From positions 1,536,001 through 1,600,000 of the forward strand of contig OZ242383.1 of assembly GCA_965209155.1 (NCBI GenBank): a stretch of DNA of 64,000 bases, in the 5' to 3' direction. The notes under the pieces were generated by a model that did not search any database, was not told the DNA's origin, and worked only from the letters and a program-made list of their open reading frames with translations. The translations under genes were made by a program, and so were the position numbers. The first letter of the stretch is position 1, and each line of letters begins with the position of its first letter. Source of the DNA: a bacterium. Lineage in GTDB: Bacteria; SAR324; NAC60-12. Positions 50,230-60,006 of the stretch are shown here, one piece after another.

Positions 50230-51342
50230 GTAACTATTTAGGTTACTTTAGATCCCCCATTGATTTAAGCACAGGTTTTGCATGGCATAGAGTCCAGAAA
50301 GGACTTTATGCTCTCGAAAGTTCAAAAGTATATTCATTCCATTTCATCGACTGCCCCCCTCGAGGCTCTTCAAGAAGCCTGTCAACTCTTTGAAAAAGAA
50401 CGGGAGCAATGGAAGCAAGAGCGATTAAAACTCCTCGAACGTCTCGAAATAGAAAATAAGCGTATTGAAGCTCTCGAAACAGAAAATAAGCAACTCCGGG
50501 ATCAGCTGGCTCTCAACAGCCAAAACTCAAGTAAGCCTCCTTCCAGCGATGCAATGCGCATCATTTACGTGAACTCACTCGGGCCTTTGAACAAGAAAAG
50601 GCCTTCTGGGCTCAGGAGATGAGCGACTTACTGCTAGAGATTAAAAAAGCAAGTAGACCAAGCCGAGCGAGATATTCGCATGGTTAAATTGAAACAGAAA
50701 ATCTCAGGCGGCTTCCGAACGGCTGAAGGATCACAGGCTTTTTGTACCATCCGAGGAGCTATTTCCATTACCAGAAAACAGGGAAAACCCATCTTCGAGA
50801 TGCTCACACAGGCTTTGTCTCTCCCGAATCCAGTCCGGGACAAGCTTTTACCTGCGCCTCCTTGTTACTGAAACTCCCCTTTTTAAAAACGTTTCGCCCC
50901 TTGCGGGCCAAACGTATTCCTGGCGAACATAGCATCGTCAATGCGATTTTGTATGTCGTGAAAACGGGTTGTCAGTGGAGCATGCTTGCCCATGATTTAC
51001 CTCCCTGGCAAAGCGTTTACGATCATTATCGCCATTGGAAAAAACACTGGATTGTGGAGTGAACCTTCGCTTTTTGGCTCATGATCGTAAAGAAGCGGAT
51101 CTCCCTGATTGATAGATTTTTAATTTTTTTTACGAATCCTGCATTTTTTTTATTTGGGGGTTGACATAATGCAAGTAGTAGTAGTGCTAAAACCATACCA
51201 TCACTAAGTTGTTTTAGTGAAAGAGAGGGTTCCCGATCGATGGAACAATATCGTGGGAGGACTTGAAAACAATCGGTCCTCTCCGGGAATCTTTTTTAAT
51301 GGTATTTAACTGAACGGGTTTTTCAGAGACCTGAATAGTTAC
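50230..51342 (+). mobile_element. Internally deleted IS66-family element with an embedded IS5 shard
   Basis: IRL GTAACTATTTAGG, IRR CTGAATAGTTAC; transposase N-term (NSQNSSKPPSSD) and C-term ([21 protein letters not shown]); IS5 piece at ~50895-51070; no TSD. Confidence 0.88.
51201..51297 (+). ncRNA. Candidate small structured RNA inside the IS66-derived right end (copy 2)
   Basis: TCACTAA/TTAGTGA hairpin; GGTTCCCG/CGGGAATC stem with a T6 tail. Confidence 0.45.
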
Positions 51343-51530
51343 CAAAAAAATATAAAAAGTGCTTGACAAACATAATAAACGCACCAATCGTACCATGGGA
51401 TTGCTTGGGGATGAGAGGAAGTGAATCAAGTATTGTGAAAGCAATTCCTCCTCCCCGGAAATCTTTTTTCCTCATCCATACGGACGAGCGCACGGTATTT
51501 CATTGCTCAATTATGTAAGAAGTGGTTCCA

Positions 51531-53570
51531 ATGTATCTTAAGAAATTTCTGGCCCGCTTCGTTGGGCTGAGCGTGGCAGACGTCGTGTCTGCTGCGAAAA
51601 TCCGATTCGCCCAGGGCGGGGTGAATCGTTCTTTTAACCCTCAAATTAGAGAGGTACCCATGTTTTGTAAGATGAAAAAATGCTTTACCCCCGTCATGGG
51701 GCTGAGCGTGGCAGACGTCGTGTCTGCTGCGAAAATCCGATTCGCTCAATGGTATAGCGAATCTTCTTATTTCACCTCAAGTGTAGGAGGAATCATGGAA
51801 AAAAACAAAACCAGAACAATCCAATCTTTATTGCTCACCTTCATCCTGATGGTGGCCGCTCTCGGGGTCAGTTCGGCAGCCATGGCTGCCGAGATGGTCA
51901 AAGACCCCACCACTGGTGAAATGGTGGAAGCTCCTCAATATGGGGGGACCTTAACCTACGCCGAGCGGATCGAGCCTCCGGGTACCGACCCCTGGGACCA
52001 GGGCCACGGACCAAGGGCCGTCGATGCCGTTTCAGAGAAGCTGGCCATCGCGAACTGGGGAATAGACAGGGATGAATATGGCTTCACAACCAGGTATGTC
52101 CCGCTATTTGCCTTCAAAGGGAATCTGGCGGAAAGCTGGGAAACGCCTGACCCCACCACGATCGTTCTCAACATCCGCAAGGGAGTTCGCTGGCATAACA
52201 AGGCTCCAATGTCCGGGAGAGAATTGACGGCCCAGGATGTCGAATATAACTTTCACCGTTATACGGGTCTGGGCAGCGGCTTCACCGAACCAAACCCCTT
52301 CGACTCAATGAAGGCCGCGACGTGGGAATCGATTACGGCCACCGACGATTCCACGGTTGTTTTCAAGCTGAAGGCGCCACGCAAAGACGGGCTGGAGACG
52401 ATCATCGCCCACTGGTTTCATTTCATAATGCCCCCCGAGGTCATCGAGCAACATGGCAACGTGCAGGATTGGAGGAACCTGGTGGGCACCGGGCCCTATA
52501 TGCTGACGGACTGGGTCAAGGGTAGCTCTATGACCTATACCAGAAATCCGGACTACTGGGGCACCGACGAAAAATACCCGGAGAATCGTTTGCCCTATAT
52601 CGACGAGTTAAGGCGGGTGATTATGCCCGAACAAGCAACATGGCTGGCGGCGTTTCGCTCGGGTAAGCATGATATCACAGGTTTAGCCGGCGACACTCAA
52701 TTGGGGGATATCGGCCAGGTAGAGAGCCTCCAACGGAGCAACCCCGAGATCACCTGGTACCCGTGGTACTTTCGCGCGGAGACCGGTGTTGCTTTTAACC
52801 TGCGCAGGCAGTCGCTCTTCAACGACATCCGGGTACGCCAGGCCATGCAGATGGCCATTGACCTGGAGACCATTAACAAGACTTACTATAAGGGTTTTGC
52901 CAAGTGGCAACCCCAGGGGATTGTCGGGGATAGTCTGACGGGGTATTTCATCCCCTTTGAAGAATGGCCCGATGCGGTCAAGCAAGGCTATCGGTATGAC
53001 CCGGAAGGGGCGGAGAAGCTCCTGGATGAGGCTGGGTATCCGCGCGGCGCGGATGGCATTCGATTCAAGACCGTCCTTCACCACTTGCAGCGATGGGATG
53101 TAGGCTATTATGAAATAGCCGTGGAATACTGGGCACAGATTGGCGTTGACGTGGAGATTCAGGCACTTGACAATACTCCGTGGGCGGCGCTAGTAACGGA
53201 AGGTGCTTATGAAGGGATGGCTTCTTATGGTCTCGGCGTCGACCAGGCGCCCCTCCCCATAATGGACTGGATTCAATCGAGTTATACATTTAACCCCACG
53301 GGACACCAGGACCCTGTGATGGACGCCAAGGCTGAAGCCGCCGAAGCCGCTGCCACCCTTGAGGAGCAGCAGAGGCTGGTTAGAGAGGCAGATATGTACT
53401 TTATAGAGCAGCAGTGGTACATATGGGGTCCTAAAGCCCCAATCTTTAATGCATCCCAGCCTTGGATCAAAGGTTACAACGGTGAAGTCGAAATGGGACT
53501 GGCTCGCGCAGCGGCTATCTTCGCCCGCATTTGGATTGACCAGGATCTGAAGAAAGAAATGGGACATTAG
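51531..53570 (+). CDS. ABC SBP family 5 (module 5); signal peptide starts at ATG 51795
   Basis: APQYGG, LAESWE, GTGPY, NPDYW. Confidence 0.92.
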   Translation: MYLKKFLARFVGLSVADVVSAAKIRFAQGGVNRSFNPQIREVPMFCKMKKCFTPVMGLSVADVVSAAKIRFAQWYSESSYFTSSVGGIMEKNKTRTIQSLLLTFILMVAALGVSSAAMAAEMVKDPTTGEMVEAPQYGGTLTYAERIEPPGTDPWDQGHGPRAVDAVSEKLAIANWGIDRDEYGFTTRYVPLFAFKGNLAESWETPDPTTIVLNIRKGVRWHNKAPMSGRELTAQDVEYNFHRYTGLGSGFTEPNPFDSMKAATWESITATDDSTVVFKLKAPRKDGLETIIAHWFHFIMPPEVIEQHGNVQDWRNLVGTGPYMLTDWVKGSSMTYTRNPDYWGTDEKYPENRLPYIDELRRVIMPEQATWLAAFRSGKHDITGLAGDTQLGDIGQVESLQRSNPEITWYPWYFRAETGVAFNLRRQSLFNDIRVRQAMQMAIDLETINKTYYKGFAKWQPQGIVGDSLTGYFIPFEEWPDAVKQGYRYDPEGAEKLLDEAGYPRGADGIRFKTVLHHLQRWDVGYYEIAVEYWAQIGVDVEIQALDNTPWAALVTEGAYEGMASYGLGVDQAPLPIMDWIQSSYTFNPTGHQDPVMDAKAEAAEAAATLEEQQRLVREADMYFIEQQWYIWGPKAPIFNASQPWIKGYNGEVEMGLARAAAIFARIWIDQDLKKEMGH

Positions 53571-53579
53571 GGGTTTCCC

Positions 53580-54536
53580 ATGAGAGCCTATATCATCCGG
53601 CGCTTATTGCTGGTCATCCCCACCCTGTTTCTCTTGAGCATGCTGGTCTTTCTCTCGGTGCGCTTCATCCCCGGCGACGTCATAGACTCCATGTTGAGTG
53701 AGATGCAATCGGTGGGTGGCGATATAGACCGTGAAACTCTCGAGCGTCGGCTGGGACTGGACGTGCCGGTCTGGGTGCAGTATGGACGCTGGATCGGCGA
53801 GATTCTCCGGCACGGCAGCCTGGGCCAATCCCTATGGCGCCATTGGACGGTAGAGGAGGAGATATTCTCCAGATTGCCGGTCACCATTGAGCTTGGCCTG
53901 CTGGCCATCGTCATCGGGCTGGTGATCGCGCTGCCGGTGGGCATCTACTCAGCGATTCGTCAGGATACGCTCGCCGACTACGCGGGGCGCTCCCTGGCCA
54001 TCATCGGCCTGGCCACGCCGAACTTCTGGCTGGCCATCATGGTGATGATCTACCCCACCATCTGGTGGGGCTGGACCCCACCGCTGGAATATATTCCTTT
54101 CAGCGAAGATCCGCTGGGGAATCTCTGGGGGTTCTTCATCCCCAGCCTGATTCTGGGGACAGCCTCGGCGGCTGCCACCATGCGGATGATGCGCACGATG
54201 ATGCTCGAGGTGCTGCGGCAGGAGTATATCCGCACCGCCTGGTCCAAGGGACTCCGGGAGCGGGTCGTGATTGTCCGGCACACCCTCAAAAATGCCCTCA
54301 TCCCGGTTATCACCCTGATCGGCCTGCAGTTGCCAATCCTGGTCGGGGGAGCGGTGATCATGGAGAACATCTTTGCCCTGCCGGGACTCGGCCGTCTCAT
54401 GCTGGATGCCCTGCAAAGCCGTGACTACCCGGTGGTCCAGGGAACCAACCTGTTTTTCGCCACCGGGGTGGTGCTGCTCAATCTCCTCATCGACCTGATT
54501 TATCCCTATTTGGACCCGAGAGTGCGCTATGAATAG
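53580..54536 (+). CDS. ABC permease, DppB type (module 5)
   Basis: EYIRTAWSKGL. Confidence 0.93.
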   Translation: MRAYIIRRLLLVIPTLFLLSMLVFLSVRFIPGDVIDSMLSEMQSVGGDIDRETLERRLGLDVPVWVQYGRWIGEILRHGSLGQSLWRHWTVEEEIFSRLPVTIELGLLAIVIGLVIALPVGIYSAIRQDTLADYAGRSLAIIGLATPNFWLAIMVMIYPTIWWGWTPPLEYIPFSEDPLGNLWGFFIPSLILGTASAAATMRMMRTMMLEVLRQEYIRTAWSKGLRERVVIVRHTLKNALIPVITLIGLQLPILVGGAVIMENIFALPGLGRLMLDALQSRDYPVVQGTNLFFATGVVLLNLLIDLIYPYLDPRVRYE

Positions 54537-54586
54537 TCGCTGGCGCGAAAGGTGTTAGGAGTTAGGATTAATATCACCAAGAAAAC

Positions 54587-54658
54587 GGTAGGGCCGGGTG
54601 ACGTCCCGGCCAATGCGAGCGATGCGTTTTTTAGGCCGGGACGTTACCCGGCCCTACC
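54587..54658. repeat. GTAG-family REP inverted dimer
   Basis: GGTAGGGCCGGGTGACGTCCCGGCC ... GGCCGGGACGTTACCCGGCCCTACC. Confidence 0.85.
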
Positions 54659-54676
54659 TTTAGAGAAATCGGGATC

Positions 54677-55642
54677 ATGAACAACACTCATGAAACACCA
54701 TTAACAATCAGCGAGTCCAAGCGACGGGGCCGGCTGGCGGATTTCTTCATCAGACTATGGCAGGAGAAGCCCCTGGGCACGGCCTGCGGGATTCTCATCT
54801 TACTCTTGATTTTCGTCGCGAGCTTTGCCGAGGCTCTGGCGCCTTATCCCTATCGGGAAATACACCTGGCCGACATCATGCAAACCCCATCCGCCCAGTA
54901 TCTGCTGGGGACCGACCACTTGGGACGAGACTTGTTGAGCCGCCTTCTCTACGGGGCTCGTATTTCGATAATGGTCGGCTTGGCCGCGACGGCACTCAAT
55001 GTGGTGGTCGCTGTCCTGATTGGCGGCACTTCCGGATTCCTGGGGGGGAAATTGGACCTGGCTGCGCAGCGCTTTGTCGATGCCTGGATGGCTTTCCCGG
55101 GACTGCTTTTGTTGTTAACCATCATGTCCATCGTGGGCCAGGGGCTCCTTCAGATCATCGTGGTCCTGGGGATCGCCGGAGGTGTCGGGGGCTCCCGAGT
55201 CATCCGCAGCGCCGTGATTGGTGTCAAAGAGAATGACTATTTTCTGGCCGCCAAAGCGGTGGGCACTTCTACGAGCCATATCCTCCTGCGCCATGTCCTG
55301 CCCAATATTATGGCGCCGATCATCATCATCTTCTCGATCAACATTGGCGGAGTCATCATTGCCGAGGCCTCGTTGAGTTTCCTCGGATTCGGATTGCCCG
55401 TCAAGGTTCCCAGCTGGGGAGGGATGCTCAGCCGGGAAGGGCGCCAGTACATGGAGCAAGCGCCCCGGTTGGCGCTCTGGCCAGGGCTGTGCCTGACGAT
55501 TGTCGTCTATTCGCTCAACATGTTCGGCGATGCCATGCGCGATCTGCTCGATCCCCGGCTGCGCGGTGGGCAGGGCAGTTACGGCGCCACCAAGAAACGC
55601 AAACGGGGATTCCTCGCCCGACTGATCAATCCTTTCTCATAG
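54677..55642 (+). CDS. ABC permease, DppC type (module 5)
   Basis: LGTDHLGRD, PSWGGML. Confidence 0.93.
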   Translation: MNNTHETPLTISESKRRGRLADFFIRLWQEKPLGTACGILILLLIFVASFAEALAPYPYREIHLADIMQTPSAQYLLGTDHLGRDLLSRLLYGARISIMVGLAATALNVVVAVLIGGTSGFLGGKLDLAAQRFVDAWMAFPGLLLLLTIMSIVGQGLLQIIVVLGIAGGVGGSRVIRSAVIGVKENDYFLAAKAVGTSTSHILLRHVLPNIMAPIIIIFSINIGGVIIAEASLSFLGFGLPVKVPSWGGMLSREGRQYMEQAPRLALWPGLCLTIVVYSLNMFGDAMRDLLDPRLRGGQGSYGATKKRKRGFLARLINPFS

Positions 55643-55970
55643 GAGGCTCTCCCTCATCTATGAGGCCGCCAAAGCCAATAACCAAGGATTAGCACGGGAG
55701 GTGATTTTCAATGTGGGTAAAGAAAGAAAAATGGAGCTCTTGCCCTCACTTTTCGCCCAAAGAAGAAGATTGGTTCTCCATAGGGGCAGAGGCATGAGAA
55801 AAGTAGTTGCCATGAATCCACGGTTCTGTCCAACAAAAAGATGAAGCGGAATTTCCATCCTCGCCGTTTCAAAAATCCTTGCCAAAACGATCATTCCTTG
55901 CCATTAATGAAGTGTGTGGAAATCCGCTTATCTAAATGGTTCCAGATTGCGTAAAAAACAAGGATAGTAA

Positions 55971-57020
55971 ATGATTCCTCCGGATTGGAAGCTGGGCTCA
56001 TACTATTTTGAAATTCCTTCCTCCTTAATCGCCCAGTACCCTGCAGAACAACGAGATCATTCCCGAATGATGGTTTTGTCCCGGGAGTCAAAGAAAGTCA
56101 GCCATGATTATTTTTACCAGATTGTCGACTGGTTGCCAGAAGATATTGCTTTAGTGCTCAACAATACCAAAGTTATTCCCACCCGCCTTGTAGGGCAGCG
56201 CAGCAGTGGTGGAAATCTTGAAGCCCAGTTGCTTCGTGAACGAACTCCCGGTCAATGGGAAGTTCTGATCAAACGTGCCAAGCGTATCCGGCCCGGGGAA
56301 TCCCTTTCATTTTGTTCGAGTTATATCCCCGCAAAAGCGATTAGACGATTACCGGAAGGCACGTGGGTGCTTGAATTTGAGCATCACGAAACATTGATGT
56401 CGAGGCTTGAGCAGCATGCTTATTCGCCATTACCTCCCTACATCGACCGGGCTCAAACCTTGAATTCGGATAAAGAACGAGATCGGGTACGTTATCAAAC
56501 ATGCTACGCACGTCAACCTGGTGCCGTAGCAGCGCCGACAGCGGGTTTGCATTTTACTCCCGAAATCCTGAAGAAAATCGAGCAAAAGGGAATTCCTCTC
56601 ATTGAAGTGACGCTCCATGTGGGTCTCGGTACTTTTGCTCCGCTCCGTGCTCAGGATATTCGAGAGCATGAGATCCATGACGAATACTTTGAAATCAATG
56701 CTGCCAATCAACTCCGACTACGGCATGCGAGGGAAAATAAAAGAAAACTGGTGGCGGTGGGAACGACTTGCGTGCGTATACTGGAAACCCTGGCCCGGGA
56801 CGAAAACATCAGCTCCGGATGGACAAAACTTTATATTTATCCACCTTTTAATTTCAAGTGGGTGCAGGGATTGCTTACAAATTTTCACTTGCCTGATTCC
56901 ACGCTCATTTTGCTGGTGGCTGCCTTTTATGGACGCGAACCCTTGATGAATGCCTATCAAATGGCAATTGCGAAACAGTACCGTTTTTATAGCTATGGAG
57001 ACTGTATGCTGATCCTATAG
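55971..57020 (+). CDS. queA: S-adenosylmethionine:tRNA ribosyltransferase-isomerase
   Basis: PLPPYI, AAPTAGLHF, TNFHLP, FYSYGD. Confidence 0.97.
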   Translation: MIPPDWKLGSYYFEIPSSLIAQYPAEQRDHSRMMVLSRESKKVSHDYFYQIVDWLPEDIALVLNNTKVIPTRLVGQRSSGGNLEAQLLRERTPGQWEVLIKRAKRIRPGESLSFCSSYIPAKAIRRLPEGTWVLEFEHHETLMSRLEQHAYSPLPPYIDRAQTLNSDKERDRVRYQTCYARQPGAVAAPTAGLHFTPEILKKIEQKGIPLIEVTLHVGLGTFAPLRAQDIREHEIHDEYFEINAANQLRLRHARENKRKLVAVGTTCVRILETLARDENISSGWTKLYIYPPFNFKWVQGLLTNFHLPDSTLILLVAAFYGREPLMNAYQMAIAKQYRFYSYGDCMLIL

Positions 57021-57029
57021 GCATTGAAT

Positions 57030-57785
57030 CTAAATCCATCCACGGACTTTATAGGCAAGCAATCCGACGTATTCATGCGCATAGGTTTGAAGTTTATTAA
57101 AATTTTCCCAATCAAAGATCTGCCACCAGGATATTGGATTTTTCAAGGTGGAACTATTGGCTGCATAGGGAATGATTTCAAATCCAAGATGCTCGAATGT
57201 GAGCGAGAGTCGCAATAAGTGATAATCGTGGGTGACCAGTAGAATTTTTTTCAGTTGGCGCGCATTGAGGATTTCTGCACTTTTTGTGCTGTTCATATGA
57301 GTATCCACAGATTGGTTCTCTATCAGGATATCTTCATCCGGAATACCCATCCCTTTCAGGATAATGTGCATGCCCTTAGCAGCAAAATGTCCCTCCGAGG
57401 GTTTGGTAACAATGCCCCCGGTGACAAGGATCAATGGAGCCCACCCCTCCAGGTAGAGCTGAGCAGCTGTGTGAGCCCGAATGGTCGAACCGGGAGAAGG
57501 CGCTCCTGTTTCATGGATACCGGCTGTGGCTACGACGATTACATCCGCTTTTTTTTTCTGGCTGACCGGCGTCCATTGTTTGAGAGGCCAGGAAAAGAGT
57601 TGAAAAAACCAAGAGCTGCTGGCGAGTATCAATCCCACCCACAAGACGATCATCCATATCAAACGAGAATTTTGTCTCCGTGGTTTTCTCCAGGAAGGCA
57701 GGCAGCACGTGATCAAGAAAAGGATCCCAAAGATCAGCGGACTGAAAATCAGGTTTTCCAATATCAAGGCAATCGAGTTTGGCAT
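57030..57785 (-). CDS. YdcF/DUF218 family protein
   Basis: LVTGG, ENQSVDT, LVTHDYHLLR, HEYVG. Confidence 0.85.
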   Translation of the reverse strand: MPNSIALILENLIFSPLIFGILFLITCCLPSWRKPRRQNSRLIWMIVLWVGLILASSSWFFQLFSWPLKQWTPVSQKKKADVIVVATAGIHETGAPSPGSTIRAHTAAQLYLEGWAPLILVTGGIVTKPSEGHFAAKGMHIILKGMGIPDEDILIENQSVDTHMNSTKSAEILNARQLKKILLVTHDYHLLRLSLTFEHLGFEIIPYAANSSTLKNPISWWQIFDWENFNKLQTYAHEYVGLLAYKVRGWI

Positions 57786-57897
57786 AAATAGTCAATACAA
57801 TCGATTAATGTAATTGTCAATAATTTGAAATAGCAAATAAGTAAATAAACTTTAAGCGTGGACAAGGCAAGGGGAGGTTTATTTAAAAATGGTCGAC

Positions 57898-58797
57898 TCA
57901 TAATTCGCGAATAAGCATAGCAGCTTGCCATTCTTCTTTTACAAACAAGCAATGGGGCTTCATCCCCAAAGCCTGAAATGCCTTATTCAACTCAGGCCAT
58001 TGCGACTCCAGAAATCCGCTGCAAATCAAGGTTCCTTGTGGTTCAGTCTTATGAACCAGGTCAGAGTGGGATTCAAGCAACTCATGGGAGAGCATATTGC
58101 TGATTACAACCGCATATTGCCGATTCAGACAATTCGCGCGACCTACCACTGCCCGCACGACTTGATCCAAATTATTCAGCTTCCGGTTTGTCACTACATC
58201 TCGAATCGCGGCGAAATCATGATCTACTCCATGTACCAGGGGAATGCCCAGGTGGGCGGCGGCGAAAGAAAGGATACCCGATCCGGTTCCAACATCCAAA
58301 AGAGATGTTGGCATTTTTGGATCTTCGAGAATTCGGGCTTCCAATGCTTCTAAGGCCAGGAGAGTGGAAGGGTGGTGGCCTGTGCCGAATCCTTGATTCG
58401 GATTGATGATCAGCAAGATCCTGTCAGCCGTGTCAACTTCTGTAGCCCAGGGAGGGCAGATAGTGAAAGTTCGTCCCGCTTTCAAAGGTCGGAAATGGTC
58501 TTTCCAGCCGGATTGCCAATCTTTATATGGATGGGATTCAAGTTTGAGCACGGAAACCGTTCCCCGGGTATTGGGAAACGATTGAGCAAATTGTTGCGGA
58601 TATTCTAGTACCGTATCGTAAGTTTTTTTTTCAAAAAAAATCCGTTGTTGCTGTCTCGTTTCCGTTTCGGAAATTACCTCGATTCCACATGCTTCTTTTT
58701 CAAAACAAAAAGTGGACCACAAATCCGCAGACTCTTGATGAAGTTCTACTTCCAATGTCAAATAATGGCTTTCCGATAAATCTTTCAATTCAGTCAT
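57898..58797 (-). CDS. prmA: Ribosomal protein L11 methyltransferase
   Basis: GFGTGHHPST, DVGTGSGIL. Confidence 0.92.
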   Translation of the reverse strand: MTELKDLSESHYLTLEVELHQESADLWSTFCFEKEACGIEVISETETRQQQRIFFEKKTYDTVLEYPQQFAQSFPNTRGTVSVLKLESHPYKDWQSGWKDHFRPLKAGRTFTICPPWATEVDTADRILLIINPNQGFGTGHHPSTLLALEALEARILEDPKMPTSLLDVGTGSGILSFAAAHLGIPLVHGVDHDFAAIRDVVTNRKLNNLDQVVRAVVGRANCLNRQYAVVISNMLSHELLESHSDLVHKTEPQGTLICSGFLESQWPELNKAFQALGMKPHCLFVKEEWQAAMLIREL

Positions 58798-58884
58798 GAC
58801 AATCGGCAGTGGACCACAGAAACGATCTTGTCCGGGAATCCATGAGCGCCCGCTGCATCTCTATGGAAAAATTTTAACTTTGCT

Positions 58885-59547
58885 TCATCGTTCAATTTCC
58901 CGCTCTTCGCGTAGATGCGGAATGAGTTCATCTCTGAATTGCTGTGACTGAACCATCCAGGTGGGCAAATCCGGATGATGCACGGGATAAGAGGGTATAT
59001 AGTGAAAACCGATTTTCAGAAATTGTAGGATCAGCATAGCCGTCAGTCCCCAGATGTCATAGTCCTTGAAATAGAAATGATGCGCGATGTAAGGGCGCCT
59101 TGATCTGTATTCACAGGTCGAGTGATTTGCATCTTCCATGAAGAAATTGACAGGAACTTCAAACACGCTTTTTATTTCAGAGGCATTGGGTTGTGGGACG
59201 AACCCTGTGGGAATCAACCCGATAAATGGGGTGACCAGTAAAAAATTTACTGAGATGATTTGATCGAGCCGACCCAGGATTTGAACCTGATCCGGGTGTA
59301 ATCCGATTTCTTCATGACTCTCACGCAGGGCGGTTTCCAGGGCGTCCTTGTCTGTGGAATCCGCTTTACCTCCAGGAAAGGACACTTGCCCGGAATGAGA
59401 GCGCAACGATGTAGAACGTTGCGTGAAGAGGAGGTGAAGCCGGGAGTCTTTTTCATGCAAGGGGATCAAGACCGAAGCTTTTTGAGTGGGATGTGGATTT
59501 TCGGGAGGAGTGTATCTGGCAAGACGCTCTTGCAGGATTTTCAGCAT
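58885..59547 (-). CDS. Nudix CoA pyrophosphatase (NudL-like)
   Basis: HSGQVSFPGG, ALRESHEEIG, IWGLTA. Confidence 0.9.
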   Translation of the reverse strand: MLKILQERLARYTPPENPHPTQKASVLIPLHEKDSRLHLLFTQRSTSLRSHSGQVSFPGGKADSTDKDALETALRESHEEIGLHPDQVQILGRLDQIISVNFLLVTPFIGLIPTGFVPQPNASEIKSVFEVPVNFFMEDANHSTCEYRSRRPYIAHHFYFKDYDIWGLTAMLILQFLKIGFHYIPSYPVHHPDLPTWMVQSQQFRDELIPHLREEREIER

Positions 59548-59984
59548 TATTCTTTAGGAGAAAGAAGTTTACGGTTTTGTTTCCAATACTTATTTGTTAC
59601 TTTCTGGATTTTCCCACATGCTTTGAGACAAGCTCTGGCAAAGGCAGGCGTGAATTGAGCTTGAGGCGTGCGTGTGGATTGAAACATGTCTCTTTCCACC
59701 GTGCTGTCGAGGACAGCGCAAGCGGAATGCAGGACTTCAAACACTTTTTCCTCTTCAATACACTTTTTAAGTAACTCACTCGTAGAAAAAACCGGGAATT
59801 GAAAGTAGCCCCGAGCTTCCAGGATGGAGCTCAGAGCATTCATTGCTGCCTGCGTACTCAGCAAACTACTTTTATGGGGTTGCAATTCAAGTACGGTTTT
59901 AGCTTCCTTAAAATCAATCTGCGCTTGCTGCCAGGAAATCTGAGCACGCTGTATGGCACGAGAAGATGGTTGGGTTTTATACAT
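59547..59984 (-). CDS. HEPN-domain-like hypothetical protein
   Basis: W.QA..D...A...S.QAA pattern; no RX4H motif. Confidence 0.5.
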   Translation of the reverse strand: MYKTQPSSRAIQRAQISWQQAQIDFKEAKTVLELQPHKSSLLSTQAAMNALSSILEARGYFQFPVFSTSELLKKCIEEEKVFEVLHSACAVLDSTVERDMFQSTRTPQAQFTPAFARACLKACGKIQKVTNKYWKQNRKLLSPKE

Positions 59985-60006
59985 GAAGTCCTCGGACTTT
60001 CAACCT

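Noticed and set aside
34348..51342. Large IS66 composite from the 34348, 37060 or 50230 left ends to the 51342 right end
   Set aside because: No matching 8-bp flanks
7544..55459. Long antisense and alternate-frame ORFs over the ABC genes
   Set aside because: Shadow ORFs of GC-rich coding sequence; they recur only because the genes are paralogous
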